DNA of 51,829 nt, from positions 1 to 51,829 of the IMG/VR virus record IMGVR_UViG_3300027852_000047, one strand, 5' to 3'. Within the stretch, counting starts at the first letter, position 1, and each line of letters opens with the position of its first letter. This document shows positions 8,114 through 18,292 of the stretch, piece after piece. The position numbers were made by a program, and so were the translations under genes. The notes beneath the pieces were generated by a model. That model was given only the letters and a program-made list of their open reading frames with translations. It did not search any database and was not told the DNA's origin. Origin of the DNA: a virus. Taxonomy: Duplodnaviria; Caudoviricetes.

Positions 8114-10026
8114 TGGCAACGTATTGGCTTAGTGCAACCACAGGCGACGACGGTGACGACGGGTCTACCTATGCCTTAGCGTTTGCCACACTAGGTTACG
8201 CTATCAGCCAAGCCACGTCCAAGGGCGACATCATCAATGTCGTCAATGACGGGGACCATGACCTATACCATACAGCAACGAATCGGTCTGCTCCAGCTGG
8301 CACCAGCTGGGTTGACTACGGCCTACTCATCAGAGGTACAGACACTGACGGCGATCCTGCATTGGCCACGCTTGTGGCCGATGTGGGGGAAGCCATTAAC
8401 GAAGTAGCTCGCATAATTTCAGGTTGCGAATACTGGATCTTACGTGGGCTAGAGTTTGACCTTAGCCCACTACAAGCCGCAGTAGTAACCGGGCAGATCA
8501 TTCGGCAAGATCCGGATGACTCAGGCCCTGTGTGGTTTGATCAGTGCATACTGGATGGCGGCACGGAGGTTGAGCTTACCAACCCGCGCATGCTGCTCAA
8601 CATGGATGGGTCTTACTCTGGCACATTCGCCAGCAAGGGCCCTAAAGTTACCTCGTGTTACATACACAATGCCCCGTCTGCCATCGAGGTGTACGCTGGG
8701 CATAACTTGACCTGCAACTCCAACGTATTCTACAACTACACCACGGCAGCACACAACGCCATCTGCGTCAGTATTGACACAGGGGATCCGGCTGCTTCGG
8801 TGAAGACATTCCACGATAATACGCTGGTGTTCTTAGCCCAGCAAGGCGGGCGCTCGACCGGGCATCTGTGGGTATTCGACCCCACAGCGAACATGTCCAC
8901 GCACACGTTCCGCAATAACCTCATCTACGTGGATGCGGGTACTGCGGGTAATAAAGGTACACTGAGCGGACTGTTCGGCGGAGCCACGGGTGACACCAAC
9001 ACGATAGACGGCACCAGTGGATACAACTACTTCAACGTAGGGGCTGTCTGCACCACAGCAGGATCATGGACATCTGGGGGAATCTACGAGGCACCGTGGA
9101 GCGCCTTGGCTACAGGTACTGGCACTGATGACATCATCACGTCGGATACCTTAGTAACCAATGTTACAGTAGCTGGAGTATTCAGCAGCACAACGTCCTC
9201 GTACTCATGGGTACTGGACGATTACACCTTGCCGATTGTTGACCTGCGGGCATTCGTAGGTACTACAGCGAACTACGTTGGCGCGCAGGTGGGGGCGCTC
9301 CCAGCATTCAACGAGGCCCCTACGGCTGTGGCTGACAGCTACGGCCCCGTGGTAATTGGGCAGGTAATGAACGTTACTGCTGGTGCAGGCGTGCTGGCCA
9401 ATGACACAGATCCAGATGGAGACACTCTCACTGCTTCCCTATCCACTGCTGCGCACGAAGGATCAGTGGTACTGAACTCAGACGGGTCGTTTGCCTACAC
9501 GGCAGACGCTACGTTTGTCGGATCCACATCCTTCACATACAGAGCATACGACGGCTCGTTGTACTCCAACGAAGCCACAGTCACCATCACCACGACGAAC
9601 CCGGATCCTGTAGCCCCAGTGGTTCCAGTGCCAGCGTTTTCCATTACGAACACCATAGACGTGGCCCCTCTGTTTATGCCTACGCGCGAAGTAACTGCGC
9701 GTGCAGCTATGCTCATGGACGTAGACTTGCGGCGGGAGACTGATCTAAGAGCCTACGTGGATACACGCAAGTGGTCTGAGGTCACAGCACGCAGTGCAAG
9801 CATAGCTACCAACACCACTACCGAACTCACTATGGGGGGAATCGCCAGTGCCGAAGAGATCCTGCTGACAGCGGATGGCGCACTGGATGTTGCAATCAAT
9901 TCCACTACCCATTACTGGGGAGTCAGCGAAATGCTGGCGTTACAAACAGCGGACGTGTCACACGTGTACGTGCGCAATAACAGTACATCTACCGAAGTTG
10001 CGGTGGATATCCTGCTAGTCAACTAG
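8113..10026 (+). CDS. Virion spike/fibre: beta-helix, Ig/cadherin-like domain, and C-terminal domain shared with 745-1116
   Basis: ATYWLSATTGDD..G start, parallel beta-helix repeats, NEAPTAVADSY...GVLANDTDPDGD...DGSFAYT Ig-like signature. Confidence 0.7.
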   Translation: MATYWLSATTGDDGDDGSTYALAFATLGYAISQATSKGDIINVVNDGDHDLYHTATNRSAPAGTSWVDYGLLIRGTDTDGDPALATLVADVGEAINEVARIISGCEYWILRGLEFDLSPLQAAVVTGQIIRQDPDDSGPVWFDQCILDGGTEVELTNPRMLLNMDGSYSGTFASKGPKVTSCYIHNAPSAIEVYAGHNLTCNSNVFYNYTTAAHNAICVSIDTGDPAASVKTFHDNTLVFLAQQGGRSTGHLWVFDPTANMSTHTFRNNLIYVDAGTAGNKGTLSGLFGGATGDTNTIDGTSGYNYFNVGAVCTTAGSWTSGGIYEAPWSALATGTGTDDIITSDTLVTNVTVAGVFSSTTSSYSWVLDDYTLPIVDLRAFVGTTANYVGAQVGALPAFNEAPTAVADSYGPVVIGQVMNVTAGAGVLANDTDPDGDTLTASLSTAAHEGSVVLNSDGSFAYTADATFVGSTSFTYRAYDGSLYSNEATVTITTTNPDPVAPVVPVPAFSITNTIDVAPLFMPTREVTARAAMLMDVDLRRETDLRAYVDTRKWSEVTARSASIATNTTTELTMGGIASAEEILLTADGALDVAINSTTHYWGVSEMLALQTADVSHVYVRNNSTSTEVAVDILLVN

Positions 10027-10034
10027 GAGCTAAC

Positions 10035-10505
10035 ATGGCCACTAACAATACAAATGCCGCCATGGTTAAGATGGATAAGGCATCCAATAGGAGTACGCAG
10101 GAAGTGCGCGTGCTAAACATGGTGGATACTGTGTTGGTTACTACACTTTCCACGACTAACAATTTCGCTTTTAATCTCGAACCAGGCATGCACGCTATTA
10201 CCTTGAGTATTGACGGCGATAGTATAGCTACTGCTGCACCTACTGTGAAGTTGCATAAAGTAGTTGGCGATAGTGAAACACTTAAACCTATGTTCCTGCA
10301 CAACATTACAACTAGTGCTGCTGTTACTACAATATCGGTAGCTACCGGAACTAATGCATATTTCGTGAAAGCAGGATTCAAGTCATTGCTGGGCACACTG
10401 CCCTTGGTACCCAATGACGGCAAGTATTCACTACAGATTACCCCCAGTACTGCATCGGCTGGTACAGTCAAAATTGACATGGCCGTTGCAACTGCGTATA
10501 TCTAG
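10035..10505 (+). CDS. Hypothetical virion protein
   Basis: AGGAG RBS; T-rich beta protein in the structural operon. Confidence 0.65.
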   Translation: MATNNTNAAMVKMDKASNRSTQEVRVLNMVDTVLVTTLSTTNNFAFNLEPGMHAITLSIDGDSIATAAPTVKLHKVVGDSETLKPMFLHNITTSAAVTTISVATGTNAYFVKAGFKSLLGTLPLVPNDGKYSLQITPSTASAGTVKIDMAVATAYI

Positions 10506-10513
10506 GAGCGCGT

Positions 10514-11521
10514 ATGCTTACAGGACTCCAGATCATCAACGAAATTGAAGACAGGCTCGGGTGGAAACGCACCAAGTCTCTGGAGGAGTCTTTCCCCACC
10601 AAGGACACACGTAAGCTGCAGAGCCTACTGAACCGCGTACTGAAAACAGTACAGACTTTGGACGATTGGCCTCTGCTGCGTGGCGAAGGGGACATCTTAC
10701 TGGTGCCCACACTCCAGAGCCAAGAGAACCTGACCTTCACTAACGGCAGCACTACTGTGACTAACCGTACTGAGGATGAAGCGTGGGACGCCAGTATGAC
10801 TAATATGGCATTCCAGATATCCAGTTACGATACCGTATACAGAATAGTCAGTGTGGATTCCTCCGCTACGCTTACGTTGGACAGGCCATGGGTACACGAC
10901 ACAGCTGTAGATGAAGACGCTGTCGCAGATGCTGGACAGGAAGTCACATATTACATTGCGCAAGACACCTACGCCATGCCAGAAGACTTTGACCGCATTA
11001 CTGGGGATATGCATTCATATCTGACTAGTGGCGATATAAAGTCAATATCCCCGCGTAGACTAGCTAAGCGCAGAGCCCGCCGCAATAACCGCATACTAGT
11101 AGCCAACCCGGATCGTTGTACTGTGTATGGGATGAATGACGCTCAGCAGTACCAATTGTTGCATGTGGATCCTTGGCCAGAAGATCAGCAGGTGATCACG
11201 TATACGTACCAGAGAGTACATCCGGAGATTGCTACTGACATTGATAAGATACTGTTTCCCGCTGCTCAAGAGTCAATCGTAATTGAAGCTGTCATTTATC
11301 TGGCGGAACGAGATTACGAAGACAGCGTCCAGATGGATACTGTACTACGTGACTACATGACTGCGGTAAGCCAAGGCGTGTCCGCCAGTGGGGCTACTGA
11401 GGACGTGCCTATCCTGCGTCCTGAGAATGTCCACCGCAAGTTGCACAGGCGTAAGTACGGTCACTCGGCACGTGTAGATTCCAATATCATCTTCGATACC
11501 ACGGGAAGGGCTATCAGGTAA
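10514..11521 (+). CDS. Head-tail adaptor (tail tubular A / P22 gp4-like) with beta insert
   Basis: LQIINEIEDRLG..LLNR..W helical start, YAMPEDF, VDPWP motifs; precedes the nozzle gene. Confidence 0.65.
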   Translation: MLTGLQIINEIEDRLGWKRTKSLEESFPTKDTRKLQSLLNRVLKTVQTLDDWPLLRGEGDILLVPTLQSQENLTFTNGSTTVTNRTEDEAWDASMTNMAFQISSYDTVYRIVSVDSSATLTLDRPWVHDTAVDEDAVADAGQEVTYYIAQDTYAMPEDFDRITGDMHSYLTSGDIKSISPRRLAKRRARRNNRILVANPDRCTVYGMNDAQQYQLLHVDPWPEDQQVITYTYQRVHPEIATDIDKILFPAAQESIVIEAVIYLAERDYEDSVQMDTVLRDYMTAVSQGVSASGATEDVPILRPENVHRKLHRRKYGHSARVDSNIIFDTTGRAIR

Positions 11522-13767
11522 TGGCCAAGAACACTACCAGATTGACCATTAACAATATGCCGCTTACTGGCGGACTCGCCACTGCTGGCCAGCAAGGTAC
11601 AGTAGACGAGGGGCAGTTGTGGCGTGCTATCAACATGGTTGGGGGCTACGACGGGCTGCTGAAGAAGAGGCCCGGTATACGCAAGTGGGGGCAGACGCTA
11701 GTACAGCCCGCTCCATTGGGGATAAATGAAGACGACCGTGCCAGTATCTACACTACATTCATTGGCACTGATGACCTGAACATTACTACTACCAACGAAG
11801 AAAAAGCGTACTACAACAACGAGTACGGAAGATTATACCCATTCACATTGGCTGGGGCTGGGGAGTCAGTAACATTTGGCCGAGTGATTTCTCCGTCTGA
11901 GATTCCGATAAGGGAAGTGTGGTCAACTAGGTTGACGTTTCGCGCTTACAACTTGGAAGACCGCAGTGCGGAAGCAAACGGCGATGGTGGGTATGTTGAG
12001 ATTATTGCGCAGGCTGCAGGTACCGATGGGGCCAAAAGTTTTGGGCTATTTATGGACGGCGTATACTATTACGACGGAGCCGCGTGGGTACAGTTGGTTG
12101 AGGCGTTTATCGGAGACGCGCGTTACCACACCGTAGAATTGCGTTGCGACCCAGACGGTGACACGGTAGTGTACATAGATGATAGTACTACTGCTGCTGG
12201 TACTGTAGCATCGTCAAGTATATCTGTGAATACGACTCTTTCAAACAGTGATATACTAGATATCGTGTGCCACTCAGGTACTGGGCAATCGTCATATGAG
12301 TTGATGGATTTGGTTTATAAGGATTGCGATACATGCCCGTTCGTTAATAGTACTGTACGTGCTATTACTGGATTCAGACGCCAGCGTGCTACAGGGACTA
12401 TAGTGCGTACGTTATTGGTTGCTACTAACAGTCACGTGTACGCAGACGTTGGGCTCAATTTGGCATGGTCGCCAATACTCACTCTTACTGGGGACAGCGC
12501 ATCCTTCTGCAATTACCGTGGTACTATTATCATATTTGACTCAGAAGAGCAAGATGCGCGTGTATTGCAATGGGACGGAACCGAATACCCAGATCTGTTG
12601 GACGACGCACCTCCGTGTAAGTTCGGGACTGAGCATCAAACTCGCTTAGTAATGTCTGGAGACGCTAACTTCCCACAGCGAGTATACTATTCTGCTAGCC
12701 GCCAGCCCAATGTCTTCTTTGCTCCAGAAGTAGACCCAGATGAAACCTATAATGAGGTAGTGAACGCTGGTTACGTAGAACTCAATACCAGCCAAGGCAT
12801 AGCATCGTGTACAGCTGTGCAAGGGGAGTTTGACGGCACAGCTATTTTCACCACGGACGACACGTTATGGCAACTTGTAGGCTATGGGCCTCAGTCTTAC
12901 AGGATGATCAAGTTGGAGCGGAATAGCGGAGCCGCAGGTAACAAGTGCATGACCCAAGTTAACCGCACCATGTGGATGCTGGGCCGAGACGGCATAGCTA
13001 GTTTCCCTGATGTAGCGGAAGGTGGCCCGCAGCCCAGCGCTGCAATCGCGGACCTATGGTCTACAACCCCCAGCCTGCCGCATGCTATTGACTTGATCCA
13101 AGTAGGTAAATCAGTATTAGTACACGATTCCGGAAGCAACACAGTCTTAATGGGAGTTCCGGAACTAGGGGAAACAGATGTCTCTGCCATATACGCCTAC
13201 AATACTGGAATCAACATGTGGTACGGGCCGTGGGAGACTGACGCCGTAATGCTGGCGTCAGTAGAGGTGGCGGATCCGGTTATGCGTACAGTTGCGTTAG
13301 GCACGGACGACGGGCGCGTGGGTATACTCATGCCAGCCATTCAGCAGGATTTCGCTGACGATAACTACACAGCTACGTTCGAGTCGCCGTACCTAAGCGG
13401 ACGCAGCCTTGATCCTCGACTTACACAATTCCACAAAACATGGAATAAACTACGTCTGTATATTCAACCACGTGGCGACTGGGACTTAGATGTCACATGG
13501 CAAACAGACGGCGATAACAGTGATTCTGTAACGGTGTCACAGAACGCCCACGATTACCCGTTGCTTGGATACAGTTGGCGACTTGATGATGACCCGTTGG
13601 GGCGCGTACACTCAGAGCAACGTATTGCAGTTATAGATATCACACTGGATTCGCGCGGTAGTTGGCTTAAGTTTTGGGTGTCTACCGCTGACGACCATGA
13701 CGGAGAAATGTTTTCACTGCTGGGATACGAAGTAGACTTTGAAGTCGCCCAGTACACGCAGGAGTAA
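11521..13767 (+). CDS. Tail nozzle (tail tubular B / P22 gp10-like beta-propeller)
   Basis: GGL...N...GLLKKRPG N-terminal motif, HQTRLVM, RVYYS propeller motifs; 748 aa. Confidence 0.7.
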   Translation: MAKNTTRLTINNMPLTGGLATAGQQGTVDEGQLWRAINMVGGYDGLLKKRPGIRKWGQTLVQPAPLGINEDDRASIYTTFIGTDDLNITTTNEEKAYYNNEYGRLYPFTLAGAGESVTFGRVISPSEIPIREVWSTRLTFRAYNLEDRSAEANGDGGYVEIIAQAAGTDGAKSFGLFMDGVYYYDGAAWVQLVEAFIGDARYHTVELRCDPDGDTVVYIDDSTTAAGTVASSSISVNTTLSNSDILDIVCHSGTGQSSYELMDLVYKDCDTCPFVNSTVRAITGFRRQRATGTIVRTLLVATNSHVYADVGLNLAWSPILTLTGDSASFCNYRGTIIIFDSEEQDARVLQWDGTEYPDLLDDAPPCKFGTEHQTRLVMSGDANFPQRVYYSASRQPNVFFAPEVDPDETYNEVVNAGYVELNTSQGIASCTAVQGEFDGTAIFTTDDTLWQLVGYGPQSYRMIKLERNSGAAGNKCMTQVNRTMWMLGRDGIASFPDVAEGGPQPSAAIADLWSTTPSLPHAIDLIQVGKSVLVHDSGSNTVLMGVPELGETDVSAIYAYNTGINMWYGPWETDAVMLASVEVADPVMRTVALGTDDGRVGILMPAIQQDFADDNYTATFESPYLSGRSLDPRLTQFHKTWNKLRLYIQPRGDWDLDVTWQTDGDNSDSVTVSQNAHDYPLLGYSWRLDDDPLGRVHSEQRIAVIDITLDSRGSWLKFWVSTADDHDGEMFSLLGYEVDFEVAQYTQE

Positions 13768-13770
13768 TAA

Positions 13771-15513
13771 ATGTCTACCACAATCACACTGCCTGATTTC
13801 TATGATCTGGAAATCGTAACGTCAGAAAAAATGCAGGCGTTGGTGGACGCACTTAATTCTAAGTTTGCCGCCGGTACCGGATCAGAAGACATTATGTGGC
13901 CACTTACTGCTGGTGGCGATATAGACATGGGTGTTGGGTCTGCAGGCCACTCAATTCTTAACGGTAAGAAAATTTTTGAAGTAGTTAATGCCGCGTCGTA
14001 CACTACGTTCCAAGACGCCATCGACGCCGCTGGTAGCGGTGGAAGCGTGTTCATCCCTCCGGGCACCACCATCGAAGCCAGCGGTGTCACCATTGATAAC
14101 AACAATATCACCATCTTTGGGGCAGGCCCAAGCAGCGTGCTTGAGTTGACTTCTGGTGCGTCGTCAGGTAGTCTGTTGCGCACTACAAGTACTAGCACGC
14201 GCACGTCTGGTGTGCGCATCCTTGACATTACGTTGAGCGGCAATAGCGGCACAGGTACTGGACAGAACGGGCTTCAGCTAGACTACGTAGACGATGTTAT
14301 TATTGAGCGTGTGGTCTTTGATGACTTCTCCGGACAGTGCATCTCTGTACGTAACAACGGTTCAGCAGGACAGTACAGTAAGTCCATCTCCGTAGAGAAG
14401 TGTATCTTCCTTGACGGAGACAGTCAACATATCTGGGCTAATGACGTGGCACTTATTGACATACGCAAGTGCATATTCCAGTCCTGCACCAACATGGCAA
14501 TCTACATGTATCCGGACACAAGCTCCAGCTATATGAACGATATCAATGTATGTAACTGTTTGTTCACAGGCGGAGATAGCACATGCGTATATATAGCTGG
14601 GCACGCAACTGCATCAGATACAGCTGCACGCATTACCGTATGTGACAATAACTGTGTTGGCATTACCGGGTCAGCGGACGTGTTACAGATTGGCGTAACA
14701 GACCACGTGTTGCGAGACATCACAGTATCCGGCAACAAAGTGCGTGTGATTGCATCTACAGCAAATGTACTTGAAGTGTACGCCACCAGTGGACACGTCG
14801 TTGACAACATATTCATCAACTCAGCGGCTATCGGCATAAACTTGGCTGCTGCAGTAGATATTATGATCGCCAACAACTGCTGTACTGAAGGCACCGGTTA
14901 CGGCATAGACGCATCTGAGGCCACTGACTGTGTGATCCACGGCAATGACTTGCGCGGTAACACAGCTGGAGCCTTGAAAATAGACGGCTCGTCAGGATGC
15001 GAATACTACGACAATATTGGCGTAGAGGCCAACCGTCCGCCGTCTAACGGGTGGTACTACGCACACCCTGTGGATGCCGCAAGCGCCACAGTAGTTACTG
15101 GCGGTACCATTACGTTCCTTCCGGGCATGCTGCGTGAAGGTACTAACATTAAGGTGCGCGCCTACTGCACGGATGGCGGCACTGCTGGAGAGAGTGTCAT
15201 TCGGGTCAATTGGGACGGCACCACTTTCATGGACGGCACAATCCAATGCACCACAGGGCTTAGCGCTGAAGCAGAGGGCGGGTTGGTCACAGCAGACATA
15301 ATGGTAACTGGGGCAACGACATTGCAAGGAACCATGTCCGTGATTCAATGCGATGATAGCGAGGTCAATAGTTTGGAAGTATCCAATCTCGGAGGACAAA
15401 ATTTCGTTACGTCCACACATACGTTGACCATTTCTGCAAGCACCCCAGCTAACATGGAAGCCGATGTGCTCAATTACTACGTCACCCTTGACCAATTCGA
15501 GATAGTAGTATAA
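13771..15513 (+). CDS. Tailspike with pectate-lyase-like right-handed beta-helix
   Basis: FQDAIDAA..GGSVFIPPG, ITIFGAG, repeated I.NC.F / I.GN motifs. Confidence 0.8.
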   Translation: MSTTITLPDFYDLEIVTSEKMQALVDALNSKFAAGTGSEDIMWPLTAGGDIDMGVGSAGHSILNGKKIFEVVNAASYTTFQDAIDAAGSGGSVFIPPGTTIEASGVTIDNNNITIFGAGPSSVLELTSGASSGSLLRTTSTSTRTSGVRILDITLSGNSGTGTGQNGLQLDYVDDVIIERVVFDDFSGQCISVRNNGSAGQYSKSISVEKCIFLDGDSQHIWANDVALIDIRKCIFQSCTNMAIYMYPDTSSSYMNDINVCNCLFTGGDSTCVYIAGHATASDTAARITVCDNNCVGITGSADVLQIGVTDHVLRDITVSGNKVRVIASTANVLEVYATSGHVVDNIFINSAAIGINLAAAVDIMIANNCCTEGTGYGIDASEATDCVIHGNDLRGNTAGALKIDGSSGCEYYDNIGVEANRPPSNGWYYAHPVDAASATVVTGGTITFLPGMLREGTNIKVRAYCTDGGTAGESVIRVNWDGTTFMDGTIQCTTGLSAEAEGGLVTADIMVTGATTLQGTMSVIQCDDSEVNSLEVSNLGGQNFVTSTHTLTISASTPANMEADVLNYYVTLDQFEIVV

Positions 15514-16265
15514 TGGTTGACCGCCTACGTGGAGAAATAGAACTTACCGCCGACGCGGATCTGGCTAACCACCACATCCGCAACTGGCCGTTCCTAGAGG
15601 ATCTCCCAGATGGCGGAGCTACTGAGGGCCAGATCCTAGTAGCGCGCTCCAGCGTGTGGACCCCAGAGAACTTGGACGTAGCGCACCTGCCCATAGGGGG
15701 CACACTGGTGCTGTCCAACCTGACAATCAACGGGACATTCCTGCTCACTGGCAGCATGTCCGGAGTGTCATACACTGAGCTGGAAGACATCCCTTCCACG
15801 TTTACTCCCAATACCCATACGCACACGCGCGCGGACATTACCAACTTCACGCACTCTCACATTGTGTCGGAGATCACCGACTTCTCTACAGAGCTGGAGA
15901 ACACCCGTAGACTGACTGCCAACTTCGTAATCTACAGCACCACCACGCTGACCACGGGGACCAAGGCGTATGTGAAGATGCCTGCTGACGGCGAGATAAC
16001 GTCGGTAGAGGCGTATGCCAATGCCACCTGCACGGTGCAGGCAGAGATCTACGCTGGTACGTACGGGGACTTTCCGTTGGACACCGGGGACCAAATATCC
16101 GCATCTACCACAGACCCCGGCATGTCCAGTGCTAACAAGTATCGAGATACGACACTGACAGGCTGGTCCACTACGGTCACTGCAGGGGACATATGGGAGT
16201 TTGTGATTACCACTGCTACCACGGCTACCTTGGCTGGGTTCGCCATTACAATGGATAGAGACTAG
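15513..16265 (+). CDS. Tail fibre-associated protein
   Basis: HTHTRADITNF / HSHIVSEITDF HxH fibre repeats. Confidence 0.6.
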   Translation: MVDRLRGEIELTADADLANHHIRNWPFLEDLPDGGATEGQILVARSSVWTPENLDVAHLPIGGTLVLSNLTINGTFLLTGSMSGVSYTELEDIPSTFTPNTHTHTRADITNFTHSHIVSEITDFSTELENTRRLTANFVIYSTTTLTTGTKAYVKMPADGEITSVEAYANATCTVQAEIYAGTYGDFPLDTGDQISASTTDPGMSSANKYRDTTLTGWSTTVTAGDIWEFVITTATTATLAGFAITMDRD

Positions 16266-16267
16266 GT

Positions 16268-16792
16268 ATGGCGACTACCACATTCTACGTGCCCCAAGGA
16301 AGCTATGATTGGGGATACACGGGGGATGCCAACACCACCATAGTGTCGTACTTTCGTGGGGTAAGCAAGTTGGGCCCAGCTATTGTGTCTCCTGCTGTAG
16401 CGAGATACTCCACTGATTTGCTTGCAGACGACCAAGTAATAACTGGCTGTGTACTACATTATAACAACTATTCGTATTCGGCTTCCGTAGGTACCGCACA
16501 TCTGTACGGGTTATGGTACAACGCTGGCGGTGAATCAGCCCAACAGTTACTTGGCGGTATTACTTATGCATCCGGATGGCAGTCATACACCTTTACGTCA
16601 ACCCAGTGCGGATGGATAGACCCTACCAAAGAGTCCTTTATAACATGGTCACTAGCTGGCCCGGGGAACGGGAAGTTCAGAACATACTCCATATACGCGT
16701 ATGAGTCTGGCGCAACCAAATCGTATTTAGTAATAACTCACGTGGATCCTGCAACTGATGTGGAGCGGGTATCTGTGGTAATGTTGGGGTAA
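16268..16792 (+). CDS. Hypothetical virion protein (beta-sandwich-like)
   Basis: Y/T/S-rich ORF in the tail operon. Confidence 0.6.
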   Translation: MATTTFYVPQGSYDWGYTGDANTTIVSYFRGVSKLGPAIVSPAVARYSTDLLADDQVITGCVLHYNNYSYSASVGTAHLYGLWYNAGGESAQQLLGGITYASGWQSYTFTSTQCGWIDPTKESFITWSLAGPGNGKFRTYSIYAYESGATKSYLVITHVDPATDVERVSVVMLG

Positions 16793-16795
16793 CAA

Positions 16796-17269
16796 TTGGA
16801 ATACATGCACGCCAGCACAGACAGTGACCGAGACTACGCCAAGCGGCTAGCTATCTCTTACGGATACGACGAACTCACTGATGAGTTCAAAGACGGCGAC
16901 ATAATCATTGCTTATGAGGCTGATGACCCGGCCACGTGGCTAGGTGTGCTTTGGTATGTACACAATGGCAAGCACGCGTTCATTGACTACTTAGGAATCA
17001 ACCGTGGGGCGCTGCAGCTGGAGCCTGACCAAACCTCAGTAGCTATTGGGCTGCTAAACGCCTGCTGCTACTACCTTTCCCGTCTTGGGATCAAGTTCTT
17101 TCATGGCAGGGTGTATTGCCCCAACGGTTTATGCTTTGACCCGTCAGCTGGATTCACAGGGGAATACGCCAGAGAAGATGCAGATTTCCTGACATTCGAA
17201 TCCGTAGTCACTACAATATCAGAAGATGGAGGGACCATTGATATATCGGGAAGCGACCGATCAGGATAA
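16796..17269 (+). CDS. GNAT-like protein (paralogue of the next gene)
   Basis: LWYVHNGKHAFIDYLGI aligns with VWAICDGKHAYLDLLSV; the acetyl-CoA loop is degenerate. Confidence 0.55.
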   Translation: MEYMHASTDSDRDYAKRLAISYGYDELTDEFKDGDIIIAYEADDPATWLGVLWYVHNGKHAFIDYLGINRGALQLEPDQTSVAIGLLNACCYYLSRLGIKFFHGRVYCPNGLCFDPSAGFTGEYAREDADFLTFESVVTTISEDGGTIDISGSDRSG

Positions 17270-17624
17270 AATAGCAGCCAATAGTGTAGTATTGGCTACA
17301 GGTTACTTCGGTAATGTGCACCTTGACCAGTTGCAGGGCACACATTACGTGGCTGTAGATGGTGACGAAATAGTCGGGTACGTCTGGGCTATTTGTGATG
17401 GAAAGCACGCGTACTTGGATCTGCTGTCAGTCGCTCCAGCATACGCCAACACTGGGCTAGGCTTGCGGCTGCTACGCCACTTCAGTCGATACCTCAATTC
17501 CAATGGGGTAACAGACGTGCAGTTCAATATACACATTACGAACAACGCAGCACTAAGGGTTGCCAGCAAGTTTGGCAAACTCAGCGGATATTACATCCTA
17601 GGCCACGCCGCGACAGGAGACTAA
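17226..17624 (+). CDS. GNAT family acetyltransferase
   Basis: YREAT..D, VAVDGDEIVGY, LSVAPAYANTGLG (motif A), NNAAL (motif B). Confidence 0.75.
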   Translation: MEGPLIYREATDQDKIAANSVVLATGYFGNVHLDQLQGTHYVAVDGDEIVGYVWAICDGKHAYLDLLSVAPAYANTGLGLRLLRHFSRYLNSNGVTDVQFNIHITNNAALRVASKFGKLSGYYILGHAATGD

Positions 17625-17625
17625 C

Positions 17626-18276
17626 GTGGGCACGAAAAAGACAGAGTCCGAATCCAAGACCACTATTGCCAAGCGCTCAAGAACTGAAAACGACGCACTG
17701 GCAACGCTCCAGCGTATGATGTCAGGCGCTGAGGGTCAGATGGGCGACCTGAGTGGGCTGGCTTCTGGCGAGATCTCTGCGTCCCCAGAAGACCTCCAGT
17801 ACTTGACGCAGATAGTAGCTGCCCAACGTGAAATGGCTGAGCGCTCAGCGCAAGAAGCCTTCGACACAAGCTCCAGTATGGTTGACGAGGACGCTGCAGC
17901 CAGAGGCATCTCTGGCAGCTCAATGGAAGCTGTGCAGAGAGCTATAGGCGGGCGCGCGTATCAACATACCATGGCCAACGCTGCATCTCAAGGGTCACAG
18001 ACATTTGCAGAGGGAGCACTGAACCTGCCATTCCAACGAGTTGGGGCACAGCTCAGTGCCAACGACTTGCTGCTGCGTAGATTGACTGGAGGAGCTGGTG
18101 GGCTGCTGGGACATAACCTTCAGGAACGCTTAGCTCAAGCCAAGACCAAAGGAACGCAGACTCAGTCTGGATTTGGCGTAGGCGACATAATGGGCTTTGG
18201 TCAGCAAGTTGGTGGACTGATTCCCAGTGGTCCCACAGTAACCGCAACTAGCGGTGGCCCAGTGCCACAACGATAG
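17626..18276 (+). CDS. Internal virion/ejection protein
   Basis: G/A/Q-rich, AARGISGSS motif, podovirus ejection-gene position. Confidence 0.6.
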   Translation: MGTKKTESESKTTIAKRSRTENDALATLQRMMSGAEGQMGDLSGLASGEISASPEDLQYLTQIVAAQREMAERSAQEAFDTSSSMVDEDAAARGISGSSMEAVQRAIGGRAYQHTMANAASQGSQTFAEGALNLPFQRVGAQLSANDLLLRRLTGGAGGLLGHNLQERLAQAKTKGTQTQSGFGVGDIMGFGQQVGGLIPSGPTVTATSGGPVPQR

Positions 18277-18292
18277 AAGGTACGGTAACGTA

